Shown: positions 44,279 through 54,433, counted from the stretch's first letter. The stretch: 64,000 bases of DNA from Verrucomicrobiota bacterium (GCA_047947115.1 CP170459.1:2880001-2944000); one strand, 5' to 3'. The notes: generated by a model from the sequence alone, not told the origin. A program made the numbers and translations.

Positions 44279-45943
44279 ATGAAACTACCCTTGACGAAAT
44301 CGATGATTGCGGCGCTGGTTTTTGTTCAAACATTGGCATTCGCGGAAAAAACACAACCCAACATCCTGTTCATCATGTCGGATGATCACACCGCGCAGGC
44401 CATTGGTGCCTATGCGACGGTGTTGAAGGATTTGAATCCCACACCGACGATTGATCGTTTGGCGGCGGAAGGCATTGTGTTCGACAATGCCTTCTGCTCA
44501 AACGCCATTTGCACACCAAGCCGCGCCTGCATCATCACCGGCAAGTATCCCCATGTGAATGGGGTGGTTGACCTTGGGGGCAATATCGAACCACAACATC
44601 AGACGCTTCCGATTCTCATGCGTCAGGCTGGTTACCAGACGGCGATCATTGGTAAATGGCACCTGAAACGCGAACCGAACTTTGACTACTATAAAGTGCT
44701 TCCGGGGCAGGGGAAATATCATCATACAGAATTCCGTATTCAGGGTGAAGAGAGCTGGCCGGGGAATACGGTGACGCATGAAGGCCAGCATTCATCGGAC
44801 GCCATCACGGATTCCACGCTGGAGTGGTTTCGCACAAAACGCGATCCCGACAAACCTTTCTTTGTTTGTCATCAGTTCAAAGCACCACACGATTTCTTCG
44901 ATAATGCCGAGCGCTATCAAAGTTACCTGGCTGATGTGGACATTCCCGAACCGGATACGCTTTACGATGTGCCGGAAACATTCGGCTCCATTGCCACGCG
45001 TGGCTTTCAGGATGAATTGGTCACTCACATCGGTACTTCGATCGGCAGCCGCAATCCGCGTCGTTCCTATGCTGTCGACCTGAAACGTCTTTACCCCGAG
45101 GAATTCCCCTCGCATTACGATGTGAAAACAATGAGCGAAAGGGAAACCACCCGGCTTGCCTATCAGGCTTATCTCAAGAAATACCTCCGTTTTGTCAAAG
45201 GTGTGGATGACAACCTTGAACGACTCTTTGCCTATTTGAAACAAGAAGGACTCTACGACAACACTATCATCATTTACACCGGCGATCAGGGATTCTGGTT
45301 GGGCGAGAATGATTATCAGGACAAACGATGGGCATACGACAAATCCATGCGCATGCCCTTCATCGTGCGTTATCCGAAATCCATTCCCGCCGGTATTCGC
45401 AGCGATGCCATCGTGGAGAATGTTGATTTTCCTGCTTTGATGCTGGATTTTGCGGGCGTATCGATTCCAGCGTCCATGCAGGGCCGATCTTTTAAACAAA
45501 TCTGTGAGACCGGAAAAGAACCCACCGACTGGAAACAAGCTGCCTACTACCGTTACTGGATGCATATGGCTCACCACGACAACCCGGGAGAAATGGCTAT
45601 CCGCACCAAGACACACAAACTGATTTATTTCTATGGATGCGATTACAAGGGCGAAAACCAAACGCCTCCAGGCTGGGAACTATATGACCTGACAAGAGAT
45701 CCTGATGAACTGAACAACGTCTACGATCATCCCGATTATCGCACTGTTCGTGACCAATTGAAGCAACAATTTGCCGAACTACGCGCACAGGTTGGAGATG
45801 ACGGATCGCATTATCCCGAATGCGAAAAAGTCGTCCAGGAATTCTGGGACTATGACGCCGCCGACCGCCAGAAAGCGATCGAAATCTCCCGCGCGTTCAA
45901 GCTGAGCAGGGAACAAGCCCTGGGCAAAGCAGGGAAGCTTTGA
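44279..45943 (+). CDS. Formylglycine-dependent sulfatase (S1)
   Basis: Signal peptide, PNILFIMSDDH, CTPSRA, GKWH, GDQG, DKR. Confidence 0.95.
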   Translation: MKLPLTKSMIAALVFVQTLAFAEKTQPNILFIMSDDHTAQAIGAYATVLKDLNPTPTIDRLAAEGIVFDNAFCSNAICTPSRACIITGKYPHVNGVVDLGGNIEPQHQTLPILMRQAGYQTAIIGKWHLKREPNFDYYKVLPGQGKYHHTEFRIQGEESWPGNTVTHEGQHSSDAITDSTLEWFRTKRDPDKPFFVCHQFKAPHDFFDNAERYQSYLADVDIPEPDTLYDVPETFGSIATRGFQDELVTHIGTSIGSRNPRRSYAVDLKRLYPEEFPSHYDVKTMSERETTRLAYQAYLKKYLRFVKGVDDNLERLFAYLKQEGLYDNTIIIYTGDQGFWLGENDYQDKRWAYDKSMRMPFIVRYPKSIPAGIRSDAIVENVDFPALMLDFAGVSIPASMQGRSFKQICETGKEPTDWKQAAYYRYWMHMAHHDNPGEMAIRTKTHKLIYFYGCDYKGENQTPPGWELYDLTRDPDELNNVYDHPDYRTVRDQLKQQFAELRAQVGDDGSHYPECEKVVQEFWDYDAADRQKAIEISRAFKLSREQALGKAGKL

Positions 45944-45949
45944 TGCCGG

Positions 45950-48370
45950 TTATTGCATGGGAATCAGACCGTAACGCCGCATCATTTCCAGATCCATTTG
46001 AGGAGAGGGGGTGGGTCTTGGTCCCGGTTGGGCTTGATTTGATGTCTCGGATTTCAGGAGGTGAACAAGGGTTTCTGGTGGAAGATCGGATTGTTGCAGC
46101 CAGTTGACTGCTTTGTCCCGATCATTGCGCAGCCAGTTTTGGGCGTATTCTTCGACAGTTTGCAGACGCATATGCTCGTCCGAGATGCCGTTGGCCCAGA
46201 TGACACCCATTGCCGGATCACGGTTGCCGACTAATTGGGCATAGTTCTGAATCAGTTTGTCCCGTCCCGCATCCTGAGGTTGTTTCAGGAGCCAGGCTCC
46301 TGCTGCTTCTTCGTCCTGGTCCGCCCACTTTCGGATGATGTTTTCGTTGGCCTGTTGCCGGGTGGCTTCGTCTTCAAAATCGCTTGCCCATTCGGTTGCG
46401 TAGGACGGTTCGTATTCTGCCCACTGGGCAGCCACCTGAATGGCCGCACTGTTTTGAGCTTCTCCTGCTTCCATTGAAGCTACATATTCGGCCGCTTCCA
46501 ACGGTGATTCGTTGGCCCACTGGTTCATTACCCCTGGCAGGAGGCTGTTTCGCAGGTCCGGATCTTTCATGTCTGACACCCATTCTGCTGCCGCTTCCGC
46601 ATCGTGCCTTGAAAGGTTCTGGCTCATGGATCGCATGACGGATTCCTTTAGTTTTGGATCTGAGAGGTCTTCGGCGTATTCCATGGCTTTCTCCGGATCG
46701 GTTTCAATCCATCGATTGGCAATCTGTGAAAGCGCATTTTGTCGTGTTTGATCGTTTTCCAATGTCTCCGCCCATTCCAAGGCCTTGTTCACATCCTGGT
46801 TGGCCCATGATTGGGCGATTTGATGGTAGAGGTTCTGTTTGTCTTGGTTGTTGGTCAAAGTTTCTGCCAAGGCCACGGCTTGTTTCGGATCGCTTTCTGC
46901 AAGTCGATGGGTGATGTCTCTAATGGCATCCGACCGACTTCTACCATTTGGGAGGTCCATGGCAATCTGCATAGCCTGTTTGGTGTCGCTGTATGCCAGT
47001 CGATTCAATACTTGCCTGATGACCTGTTGTTTGGCGCTGCCCGGGGGCATTTGGTCAGCCAGTTGAAGGGCTTTTTGAGGATCAGCATCCGCCAGTTGCA
47101 TGCTGAGATTTTGATAAGCTGAGGTGCGCGCTTGTCCCGGGGGGAGTCCATGAACCCACTCCAATGCGGTGTCGGGATCCTCGTTTGCCCATTGGCTGAC
47201 GATCGTCTGAATCAATTGTGTTTTAGCCCTTCCAGATTGCGTGCCCTCCAAATGAGCCAGGGCACCTTCCCGATCCTGCTGCACCCATGTATGAAAAATG
47301 TTGGTGTATGCGTTCTCTTTCATCCGAGGATCGTTGAGTTTTTCGATCCAGCTCAATGTGCCCTGGAGATCTTGTTCGGCATTGGTCCGGGCAAAATTGG
47401 ATAAGGCGTTTTGCTTGTGCGAATAGCTTGAAATGCCCTCCATCAGGGTTTGAAGAGTATCCATTTCATCCAGTCCCAGATTGATTGCAATACCTGACAA
47501 CGCTCTGTCCCTTGACCGTGGGTTTTCCAGCGATTGAGCCCATTCCATTGCTTTGGTTGGTGACGTGGCTGCCCAACCTGCGGCAATCTGGTGATACACG
47601 TATTCATCACTTGAACCGTTCGATAAAAGACCGATACGTTTGGCGGCTTCTTCCGGGTTGGTGTTGGCCAAGTCGAAGAATAGACTGCGTCTGGCGCTGG
47701 ATGCGGTCCCGCCACTGAGGTGAGTGTTGATCAACTCCAAAGCGTCATCGATCGAGGTTTGTGAGATGCTTCGTGCGAGGCTTTGAGCCAATTGCTGCTT
47801 CAAGAGTCCTGGTTCCAGTTGATCAAACCAATTTCGCGCGGCGGAAGGATCGGTGATCGCCCAACCACCCAATGCTGACTGGAGGTATTGTCTGCGGTGG
47901 TTTTGGTTTGAAGTTCGATCCGCAAAAGCGATCACGAGTCCGGGATCTTTTTCTGCCATGACTGCGATGGCCTGCGACAGCATTTGCCGACGGCGGTTGC
48001 CAAACGATCCGTTCAGGTCTGTCTGTTCACTCAGGTATTGCAGCACCAAAGGGAAATCTGCGGCCGGCAATCCCATCAACAAGGCATGTAACTCGTAATG
48101 GTTCCTTTGATTCATGGGGGCATCAAGTATTTCCTCCAATCGTTCTTGCAGGTTCTTCTTTCCTTCAAAAATAGCAGTGGCACTCACGGTCGGCACATTG
48201 GGTAAACCTGAGCTCGTGGAGCGTCCGGCACCCAAACGACCTACCTTGCTTGGAGAATCGCTTTCCTTGCCCGAGGTATTGCCATTGTTCCGACTTGCGC
48301 CTCCCCACACGAATCCAACAAGCAAAGCCAAAACAACGGCTGCGGCAGTTTGAAGTGAAGATTTTTTCAT
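45950..48370 (-). CDS. Large exported/anchored alpha-helical repeat protein
   Basis: N-terminal hydrophobic helix followed by many ~37-aa repeats of the form W...DP..A..W...L. Confidence 0.85.
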   Translation of the reverse strand: MKKSSLQTAAAVVLALLVGFVWGGASRNNGNTSGKESDSPSKVGRLGAGRSTSSGLPNVPTVSATAIFEGKKNLQERLEEILDAPMNQRNHYELHALLMGLPAADFPLVLQYLSEQTDLNGSFGNRRRQMLSQAIAVMAEKDPGLVIAFADRTSNQNHRRQYLQSALGGWAITDPSAARNWFDQLEPGLLKQQLAQSLARSISQTSIDDALELINTHLSGGTASSARRSLFFDLANTNPEEAAKRIGLLSNGSSDEYVYHQIAAGWAATSPTKAMEWAQSLENPRSRDRALSGIAINLGLDEMDTLQTLMEGISSYSHKQNALSNFARTNAEQDLQGTLSWIEKLNDPRMKENAYTNIFHTWVQQDREGALAHLEGTQSGRAKTQLIQTIVSQWANEDPDTALEWVHGLPPGQARTSAYQNLSMQLADADPQKALQLADQMPPGSAKQQVIRQVLNRLAYSDTKQAMQIAMDLPNGRSRSDAIRDITHRLAESDPKQAVALAETLTNNQDKQNLYHQIAQSWANQDVNKALEWAETLENDQTRQNALSQIANRWIETDPEKAMEYAEDLSDPKLKESVMRSMSQNLSRHDAEAAAEWVSDMKDPDLRNSLLPGVMNQWANESPLEAAEYVASMEAGEAQNSAAIQVAAQWAEYEPSYATEWASDFEDEATRQQANENIIRKWADQDEEAAGAWLLKQPQDAGRDKLIQNYAQLVGNRDPAMGVIWANGISDEHMRLQTVEEYAQNWLRNDRDKAVNWLQQSDLPPETLVHLLKSETSNQAQPGPRPTPSPQMDLEMMRRYGLIPMQ

Positions 48371-48479
48371 GATGACGTTTTGGACACCCTAGCACCTGAT
48401 GACGTTGAATCAATACTCCAGATATTTGAAAGGACTTTGGAGTGTTTGTTATAGCTAATAAACACATATGCATGGGCTT

Positions 48480-49264
48480 ATGCAGAAATGCCTGTGAGTA
48501 TGGGTGGGCTTTGCTGGAATCTTTTCCGCGTTAAATGCCAATGGACTTTCTTTTGGGGGGGGCAGACTGGATATAGCTGTTCCTGTTGAAGGCATGCATG
48601 CACCATTGCAGGTTGATATATTGGGTTTTACCGTGGTTCCAAAGGTTATTTAATTCTCCAACTCACATCTCCGGCTCCGAAAACGGTGTTGGTTTCGATC
48701 GCAAACGAAAAGGTGGTTGATGAAATCCTCATCCCAAATCAGGGAGCGATGCGGGCATTTGATTACAGGGCGGCTTGGACTGCTTTTCCCTCAAACACGG
48801 TCCGCGTCTGGGATGTCTCCATTGAAAATCCAGATGCGGATTAAGTCCTTGAGATTTACCCTCTGATCGTCGCCACATCGAACAATTCAAACCTCGACAC
48901 AGGCAACAAGACAGAGCGCGTGGATTTATCGAAATATGCAGGAGAAAATATACGCGTCAGTTTTGGGGTGGAGGCATGAGGGGCAAATGAGGGATTTGGT
49001 TTGATTCAGTTGGATCATGTGAGACTGGAAGTGGAAGTGTCTTATGCCTTGAGTGTCACACACGATCCAGAAAACGGATTTGCGATAACGGTGAAGGACC
49101 CGCCTCTCGGGAGGTTGGTTTTGGAGCAAAGTACCGATTTCAAGAATTGGACACCTGTTCTTACGGGAAATGTTTATGAAAATACCGGAGTCATTGTGTT
49201 CAATGATGAAGTAGAGTCAGAACTTGGACAGCCTTACCAATTTTATCGTGTGTGGAACGAGTGA
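48480..49264 (+). pseudogene. Pseudogene of a secreted beta-sandwich protein with the S-x-D-xxx-W...FYR C-terminal domain
   Basis: The frame of ORF 49001..49264 extends upstream through TGA (48977) and TAA (48842) and includes VDLSKYAGENIRVSF and IQLDHVRL. A signal-like start in another frame near 48480 has its own stop. The 5' boundary is approximate. Confidence 0.7.
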
Positions 49265-49324
49265 GGAGTTGTTACTTTCCGACACGCAACAACTCGAAGC
49301 TGGTGGGATGCATTTGAAAATAAA

Positions 49325-49402
49325 TGGTCGGGGCGGGGAGATTCGAACTCCCGACCTCCTGAACCCCATTCAGGCGCGCTAGCCAGACTACGCTACGCCC
49401 CG
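49325..49402 (-). tRNA. tRNA-Pro (GGG)
   Basis: Reverse complement CGGGGCGTAGCGTAGTCTGGCTAGCGCGCCTGAAT-GGG-GTTCAGGAGGTCGGGAGTTCGAATCTCCCCGCCCCGACCA: 78 nt with CCA. Confidence 0.96.
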
Positions 49403-49495
49403 ACCCCTGCTTAGCGGGTAAGCAGACGCGTATCTTAATGATGAGTCTTTGAGCATTTCAACACCTTTCGGAAGAAAATTTTGATGGTGTTTGGG

Positions 49496-49591
49496 GCCAC
49501 ACTCTTGCGAGTGCGGCTACGTGAGGATGGTGAGCGGCCACATTCTGGCGAATGCGGCTACTACGGCTCACGTTTTGGCGAATGCGGCTAC
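49496..49591 (-). repeat. Three direct copies of a 25-nt GTAG-type REP palindrome
   Basis: Copies at 49496-49520, 49537-49561 and 49567-49591. Minus-strand consensus GTAG-CCGCATTC-GCCA-GAATGTGG. Confidence 0.85.
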
Positions 49592-49615
49592 GGGGGGGAG
49601 AAGAAAAATTGATTC

Positions 49616-51061
49616 TTGTGCCTGACTTTTCCTACCATGTGCCAAGTGAGCACCCCAAAGGCCATCGATGAGCTTGTGAAACGCACCCTTTCGGATGCGT
49701 TGACGGCTGACATCGGTCTTGATTCAAAGCCGTTATGGCTGGTGGCTGTGTCTGGAGGATTGGATTCAGTGGTTCTCCTGCATATGTTGTTTCGTTTCAG
49801 GAGTGTTCATGGAAGGTGTTTGGTGATAGTTCATTATGATCATCAATTGCGTGGGCTGGAGTCCTCCGAGGATGCCCGGTGGGTGGAGAGGCTTTGTGAA
49901 TCCATGGGCTTGCGTTGTGTTATGGGAGTCGGCGATGTGGCGGCTTACGCCAAAGATCAGGGTGTATCCATTGAAATGGCCGCCCGAGCCTTGCGGCATT
50001 CCTTTTTCGTGGATCAGGCTCATGCTCTCGGAACCGACGTTTTGGTGACAGCTCACCATGCGGATGATCAATTGGAGTTGGTTTGCATGCGCTGGATGCG
50101 GGGGAGTGGTCCGGAAGGTTTATCCGGGATGACACGTTTCGGTCCTTCAGCGTTTGATCCTGATTTAAATATCTGGCGTCCATTGCTTGGGTTGAACAGG
50201 TCGGACATTGAAGCTTATGCGAAGCGTCACAATTTGTCATGGCGGGAAGATCGAACGAATGCCGATATGGAACATCAGCGTAATAGGGTGCGTCATCTGC
50301 TGCTACCTCAGATTGAATGTGCTTTTGGCCCCGAGGCTTTGAATGGAATATTACGTTCCGCTGACTTGGTGGCGGCAGAGCACGCGGTGGTGCATCGGGC
50401 AGCTTTGGATTGGGAGTGTGGCGTGCAGGTTGGTGACCGGTTTGAACAACTGCCACTCGCCGTGCAGCGTGAACTCATCAAGTTGGCATTGATCCGCATG
50501 GGAGTCGTGCCGGAGTTTGAATGGATCGAACGATTGCGTCAGTGCGAGGAAGGGGAAGTGTGCGTGTTGCCTCAGGGGGTGCGGGTTGCTCGTTTGTCAG
50601 GATTCCCTTTGTTAAAGCGACTGGTATCATCCGTTCCGCCTGCTCACCTTTCAGAGAGCCAAACAATCCTGCTGCAAGCGGGGGATGGATACAACCTATT
50701 TGATGGAATGCGGATCAAGTGGCGTATAGAGAAGGGCGGCTTGCCTGATCGGAAAAGAATAGAAACGCCCCAGCACTTTGAAGTGTTCGATGCGGACCAG
50801 GTAGGTGAAGAGGTTGTTCTACGGCATTGGCAAGAAGGAGACCGCATGCACCCTATCGGTGGCAGGGGGAGTTCAAAGCTGCAAGACTTGTTTGTGAACG
50901 CCAAAATTGACATTCACATGCGCAGACAGTTGCTGGTGGCAGAATCTCCAGAAAACGGTATTTTTTGGGTGCAGGGTTTCCGCATCGGAGATCTTTTTAA
51001 AGTGACCGAAAAGACTGAAAAGCTCCTGGTTTGGGAATACGAATCGCTCGATTCTCATTGA
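49616..51061 (+). CDS. tilS: tRNA(Ile)-lysidine synthase
   Basis: AVSGGLDS PP-loop, HYDHQLR, TAHHADDQ, WRPLL, RNRVR and a TilS C-terminal domain. Exact start uncertain. Confidence 0.95.
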   Translation: MCLTFPTMCQVSTPKAIDELVKRTLSDALTADIGLDSKPLWLVAVSGGLDSVVLLHMLFRFRSVHGRCLVIVHYDHQLRGLESSEDARWVERLCESMGLRCVMGVGDVAAYAKDQGVSIEMAARALRHSFFVDQAHALGTDVLVTAHHADDQLELVCMRWMRGSGPEGLSGMTRFGPSAFDPDLNIWRPLLGLNRSDIEAYAKRHNLSWREDRTNADMEHQRNRVRHLLLPQIECAFGPEALNGILRSADLVAAEHAVVHRAALDWECGVQVGDRFEQLPLAVQRELIKLALIRMGVVPEFEWIERLRQCEEGEVCVLPQGVRVARLSGFPLLKRLVSSVPPAHLSESQTILLQAGDGYNLFDGMRIKWRIEKGGLPDRKRIETPQHFEVFDADQVGEEVVLRHWQEGDRMHPIGGRGSSKLQDLFVNAKIDIHMRRQLLVAESPENGIFWVQGFRIGDLFKVTEKTEKLLVWEYESLDSH

Positions 51062-51067
51062 ACCGTC

Positions 51068-51553
51068 TTAGAGCGGATGTTTCGTCAGGTTTTCCAAAAG
51101 GTTTCCGCAGCCGTCTTCCAATAGATCAAGGACATGGTCGAATCCGTCCAATCCCCCGTAATAGGGATCGGGAATGTCGGTGACATCGAATGCTTTGACG
51201 TAGGAACAAAAGGGCCTGATTTTCTCGCGATACCTGGCGTCGATGTCGAGCTCGATCACTTCGTTGTAGTTGTCCTCGTCCATGGTGAGGATGTGGTCGA
51301 ATGTCTTTAGATCCACCTCTCTGATTTTTCGCGCCCGACTGGTCATGTGATAGCCGCGGCCGGATGCGGCATTGCGCATCCTTTGGTCGGCGGGTTGTCC
51401 GCTGTGGTAATTGATGGTGCCGGCCGAGTCGCATTCGATGAGGTGACTCAAACCTGCCTCTTCCACTTTGGATTGCATGACGGCTTCCGCTGCCGGACTC
51501 CGACAAATGTTGCCCATACACACGAAGAGTATCCTGATCTTTGCTTGCCCCAT
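51068..51553 (-). CDS. Low-molecular-weight protein-tyrosine phosphatase
   Basis: VCMGNICRS P-loop, DSAGT, DPYY. Confidence 0.95.
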   Translation of the reverse strand: MGQAKIRILFVCMGNICRSPAAEAVMQSKVEEAGLSHLIECDSAGTINYHSGQPADQRMRNAASGRGYHMTSRARKIREVDLKTFDHILTMDEDNYNEVIELDIDARYREKIRPFCSYVKAFDVTDIPDPYYGGLDGFDHVLDLLEDGCGNLLENLTKHPL

Positions 51554-51591
51554 GTTTTCTTCCTCTAAAGATTCCCCTCGTAAGAGTGTGG

Positions 51592-53037
51592 TTATTTGGT
51601 AAGCAGGCTTTCGTAGTAGGCTTTGGCCTTGGTGACAAACTCCGAAGGTTGTCGGGCGAACAGGGGACAGTCTGTTTCGATAGCCAGGACGCCTTTGAAA
51701 CCAGTTGTTTTCAAGACCTCTATGAGTCCGGAGATGTTGGCATCTCCTTCGCCAATGCCTGCGCTGATGCCGACCAGTCGATTGTCTGCGATCTGGACGG
51801 TTTTGTCTTTGAGGTGAATGTCGTAAACCCGTCCTTCATATTCCTGAAATACCTTGGCGGCATCAAAACCGGAAGCCGTGATCCAACCCACATCCAGACA
51901 AACGCCAATCCTTGCGTCGCGGTGTTGAATGATGTTTCGAACCACCAGAGGGTTTCCATAGAGTGACGTCAGTCCATGGTTGTGGATGGCGATTTTGATG
52001 TCGAATTCTTTGACAAGTGCCTCAAGCGAATCGAAGATGGCAAAGTCTCGAGGTTCCACAACAATTAGTTTGATGCCCATGTATTTGGCAAACTCGAACA
52101 AACGTCTGTTGTATGCGTGATCCGTGGACGTTCCCGCCACGCCAAACGTATACGCCTGGAGTCCGTTTGCATCCAGTACCGCTTTCTTGGCCTTGATGAT
52201 TTCCCAATCGGCGTGTGGATCGATGTGATTGCCGATGACCTGCAGCTTGGTGATGCCATGTTCTTTCGCGAAAGCGACCGCTTGATCAAAATCCAGATTG
52301 CGAAGGGTCCAGGTTTGCAGTCCCAGTTCGAAGGGTAGCGAAGGCAGGGCTGTGAATGTCTTTGGGCGATCGATGGTGATGTCATCGAACTCAATGGGGC
52401 GGTCGGAGTATGGCTGGCCCCAAATGCTTGCTTTGCCTTGTGTTGGTGCTTGCTTGCTTTGGTGTTCAATTTGCCAGTGATCGGGTTCGTGTGACTGCTC
52501 GGACCAGGCTTTGCCACGGATGCTCCAAGTGGAATCAGAAGTGCTGGAGACCGCCAGCTTCATGTGTGTCCATGTTGACGGGGTCCAGTTGAATGAAACT
52601 TGACTGACAGCCTTTCGACCACGGAAGAGTTCCAAGGCGTTTTTGGAATTCGATGCATTCAACGCATATCCACCCAGGCCATACAAACCGATCCCAAAGG
52701 ACGGTGAAAGGCGACCGCGCTTTTCCGATCGGATGCGGGCGGAAATTTCCAAATCCCCTTCATTGTCCGGACCAAACACCGCTCCAAATTTGTTCAAAGG
52801 AGTGCCTGGCAAAACGAGCGCGCCGGACTGAATTGAGTAGTCGCCTCCTAGCACCAGAAAATCCTCCGGCACGGAGCCGTCGGCGTCATTTTGAAAGTTT
52901 TGATGATAAACCGGGGCACCCGAAATATTGAGCGCAGTCAGGCCCACGCAAATGCAAAAAGTCCAAAGCACTGAAATAGGTGAAAACCGGTGCTTATTGA
53001 GACCGGATGGCATGTTGGTATATGGATTCATATTCAT
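51592..53037 (-). CDS. Exported sugar-phosphate isomerase/epimerase (TIM barrel) fused to an N-terminal beta-sandwich domain
   Basis: C-terminal LGLQTWTLR, IAIHNH, CLDVGW, IHLKD, AIE; N-terminal lectin/DUF1080-like region ending FDDI. Confidence 0.8.
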   Translation of the reverse strand: MNMNPYTNMPSGLNKHRFSPISVLWTFCICVGLTALNISGAPVYHQNFQNDADGSVPEDFLVLGGDYSIQSGALVLPGTPLNKFGAVFGPDNEGDLEISARIRSEKRGRLSPSFGIGLYGLGGYALNASNSKNALELFRGRKAVSQVSFNWTPSTWTHMKLAVSSTSDSTWSIRGKAWSEQSHEPDHWQIEHQSKQAPTQGKASIWGQPYSDRPIEFDDITIDRPKTFTALPSLPFELGLQTWTLRNLDFDQAVAFAKEHGITKLQVIGNHIDPHADWEIIKAKKAVLDANGLQAYTFGVAGTSTDHAYNRRLFEFAKYMGIKLIVVEPRDFAIFDSLEALVKEFDIKIAIHNHGLTSLYGNPLVVRNIIQHRDARIGVCLDVGWITASGFDAAKVFQEYEGRVYDIHLKDKTVQIADNRLVGISAGIGEGDANISGLIEVLKTTGFKGVLAIETDCPLFARQPSEFVTKAKAYYESLLTK

Positions 53038-53206
53038 TGGCTTATGGTTTGAGACAGAGTTTGCTGGAAAGTCCTTGCCTCGAAAAGAAATTTGTTCGTG
53101 GTCGGCAAAAAGGGGCGCAGGTCAAAACTCTGAACTTGTTCTTGCCTGCGCGCAATGCAATGGTATCCATTGTCAGGGCGACGGTGCCCGTTAATAGATC
53201 TGAGAC

Positions 53207-53455
53207 ATGCCACTCTACGAATACGAATTGGAAAGCGGTGACGGCTGCGGTGTATGCGGAGGGAAATTCACTCTGCGCAGACCGCTTTCAGCCAAGCCAT
53301 TGACCAATTGCCCGCTTTGCAAGAAACCAGTCAGGAAACTGATTTCCGGTTTCAATACCCCGACCATCACCAAGCCCGTATCGATCAGCGACGCCAAAAA
53401 GGCCGGGTTTACGGTGCTCAAGAAAGTCGGTAAAGGCGAATACGAACGTCAATAA
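53207..53455 (+). CDS. FmdB family zinc-ribbon protein
   Basis: MPLYEY, CGVC and CPLC. Confidence 0.88.
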   Translation: MPLYEYELESGDGCGVCGGKFTLRRPLSAKPLTNCPLCKKPVRKLISGFNTPTITKPVSISDAKKAGFTVLKKVGKGEYERQ

Positions 53456-54351
53456 TCCCTGTCAGCGGAACCTGCCATGACGGGTGAGGATTTGCCTTGG
53501 GGAACAACGCTCCATTCCGCTGACCATGCTTCCAGTTGCCGGATGACCGTACGGATGGTTTCGTCCGGTGTGGATGTGCCGGCTGTCACCCCTACTGTGT
53601 CAGTTTCCTTAAACCAGTTGGGTTTCAGGTCCGTGACGGATTCAATCTGATACACCCTCGTGCAATAATGAGAAATGGTGTCGGATAATTGGCGTGTGTT
53701 GTTGCTCGTCTTTCCGCCGATCACCACGACGACGTCCGAACTCTTTCCCAGTGACACCGCCGCGGATTGCCTTTGCTTGGTGGGATGGCAGACAGTGTCC
53801 TTGAATTGCACATCTGACTCGGGAAAACGTTCGCGAATGCCTGCCACCAATAAGCGAACTTTGTCGATAGGTTGTGTGGTTTGAGAAACGACACCAATAC
53901 GGTCTTTCTGTGGGATATTGAGGATGTCCGATTCCGACAATACAACCGTGAAAGTATCCAAATCTCCGGTCAAACCGCGCACTTCGATATGGTCCGCTTT
54001 GCCAATAATAACCGGGTAATATCCTTCCTCCACGAGTTGAAGCAGGGACCGGTGAGCGAAATGTACCAATGGGCACGTGGCATCTTTCATATCAAAGCCC
54101 GCCTGCTGTGCCGCTTCACGGGTGCGGTTGGAAACCCCGTGTGCCGTAATGATCAATTCCCGCGTGAACGCTTCCTCATGGCGTTCTACGAAACCGATTC
54201 GTTGATCCAGCAATCGCTTTTGGATCGCTGGATTGTGTGCCAGAGGCCCCAATATGGTGGTCGGGCCGCTTTTGGCGGAGGTTTCCGCCAGCTTGATCGC
54301 GTCCCTGACTCCGAAACAAAGTCCCATGTGTTTTGCTGTCTGGATGTTCAT
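53449..54351 (-). CDS. ispH: 4-hydroxy-3-methylbut-2-enyl diphosphate reductase
   Basis: GLCFGV, AHNP, TAHG, DATCPLV, HIEV, SQTT, DTVC, SNNT, TAGTSTP. Start set at ATG 54351. Confidence 0.95.
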   Translation of the reverse strand: MNIQTAKHMGLCFGVRDAIKLAETSAKSGPTTILGPLAHNPAIQKRLLDQRIGFVERHEEAFTRELIITAHGVSNRTREAAQQAGFDMKDATCPLVHFAHRSLLQLVEEGYYPVIIGKADHIEVRGLTGDLDTFTVVLSESDILNIPQKDRIGVVSQTTQPIDKVRLLVAGIRERFPESDVQFKDTVCHPTKQRQSAAVSLGKSSDVVVVIGGKTSNNTRQLSDTISHYCTRVYQIESVTDLKPNWFKETDTVGVTAGTSTPDETIRTVIRQLEAWSAEWSVVPQGKSSPVMAGSADRDY

Positions 54352-54376
54352 CGTGTTTGTTTGGTTGTTTAAAGTG

Positions 54377-54391
54377 ATCTGTGTTACAAAG
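54377..54391. promoter_or_regulatory. Second, degenerate copy of the putative wHTH operator upstream of ispH
   Basis: Minus strand CTTTGTAACACAGAT versus CTTTGTAACGCAAAG at 55393 (12 of 15 identical). Confidence 0.5.
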
Positions 54392-54433
54392 TAACCAATT
54401 TGTGTGGTCCTGGTGAGGCTTGCATTGTTCTTG

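Noticed and set aside
48977..48979. In-frame TGA as possible selenocysteine or recoding
   Set aside because: The same frame also has a TAA and a frameshift, and the context is not a redox motif; decay is simpler.
49496..49591. Triple repeat as a mini CRISPR array
   Set aside because: Spacers are only 16 and 5 nt, no cas genes are present, and the GTAG-hairpin structure fits REPs.
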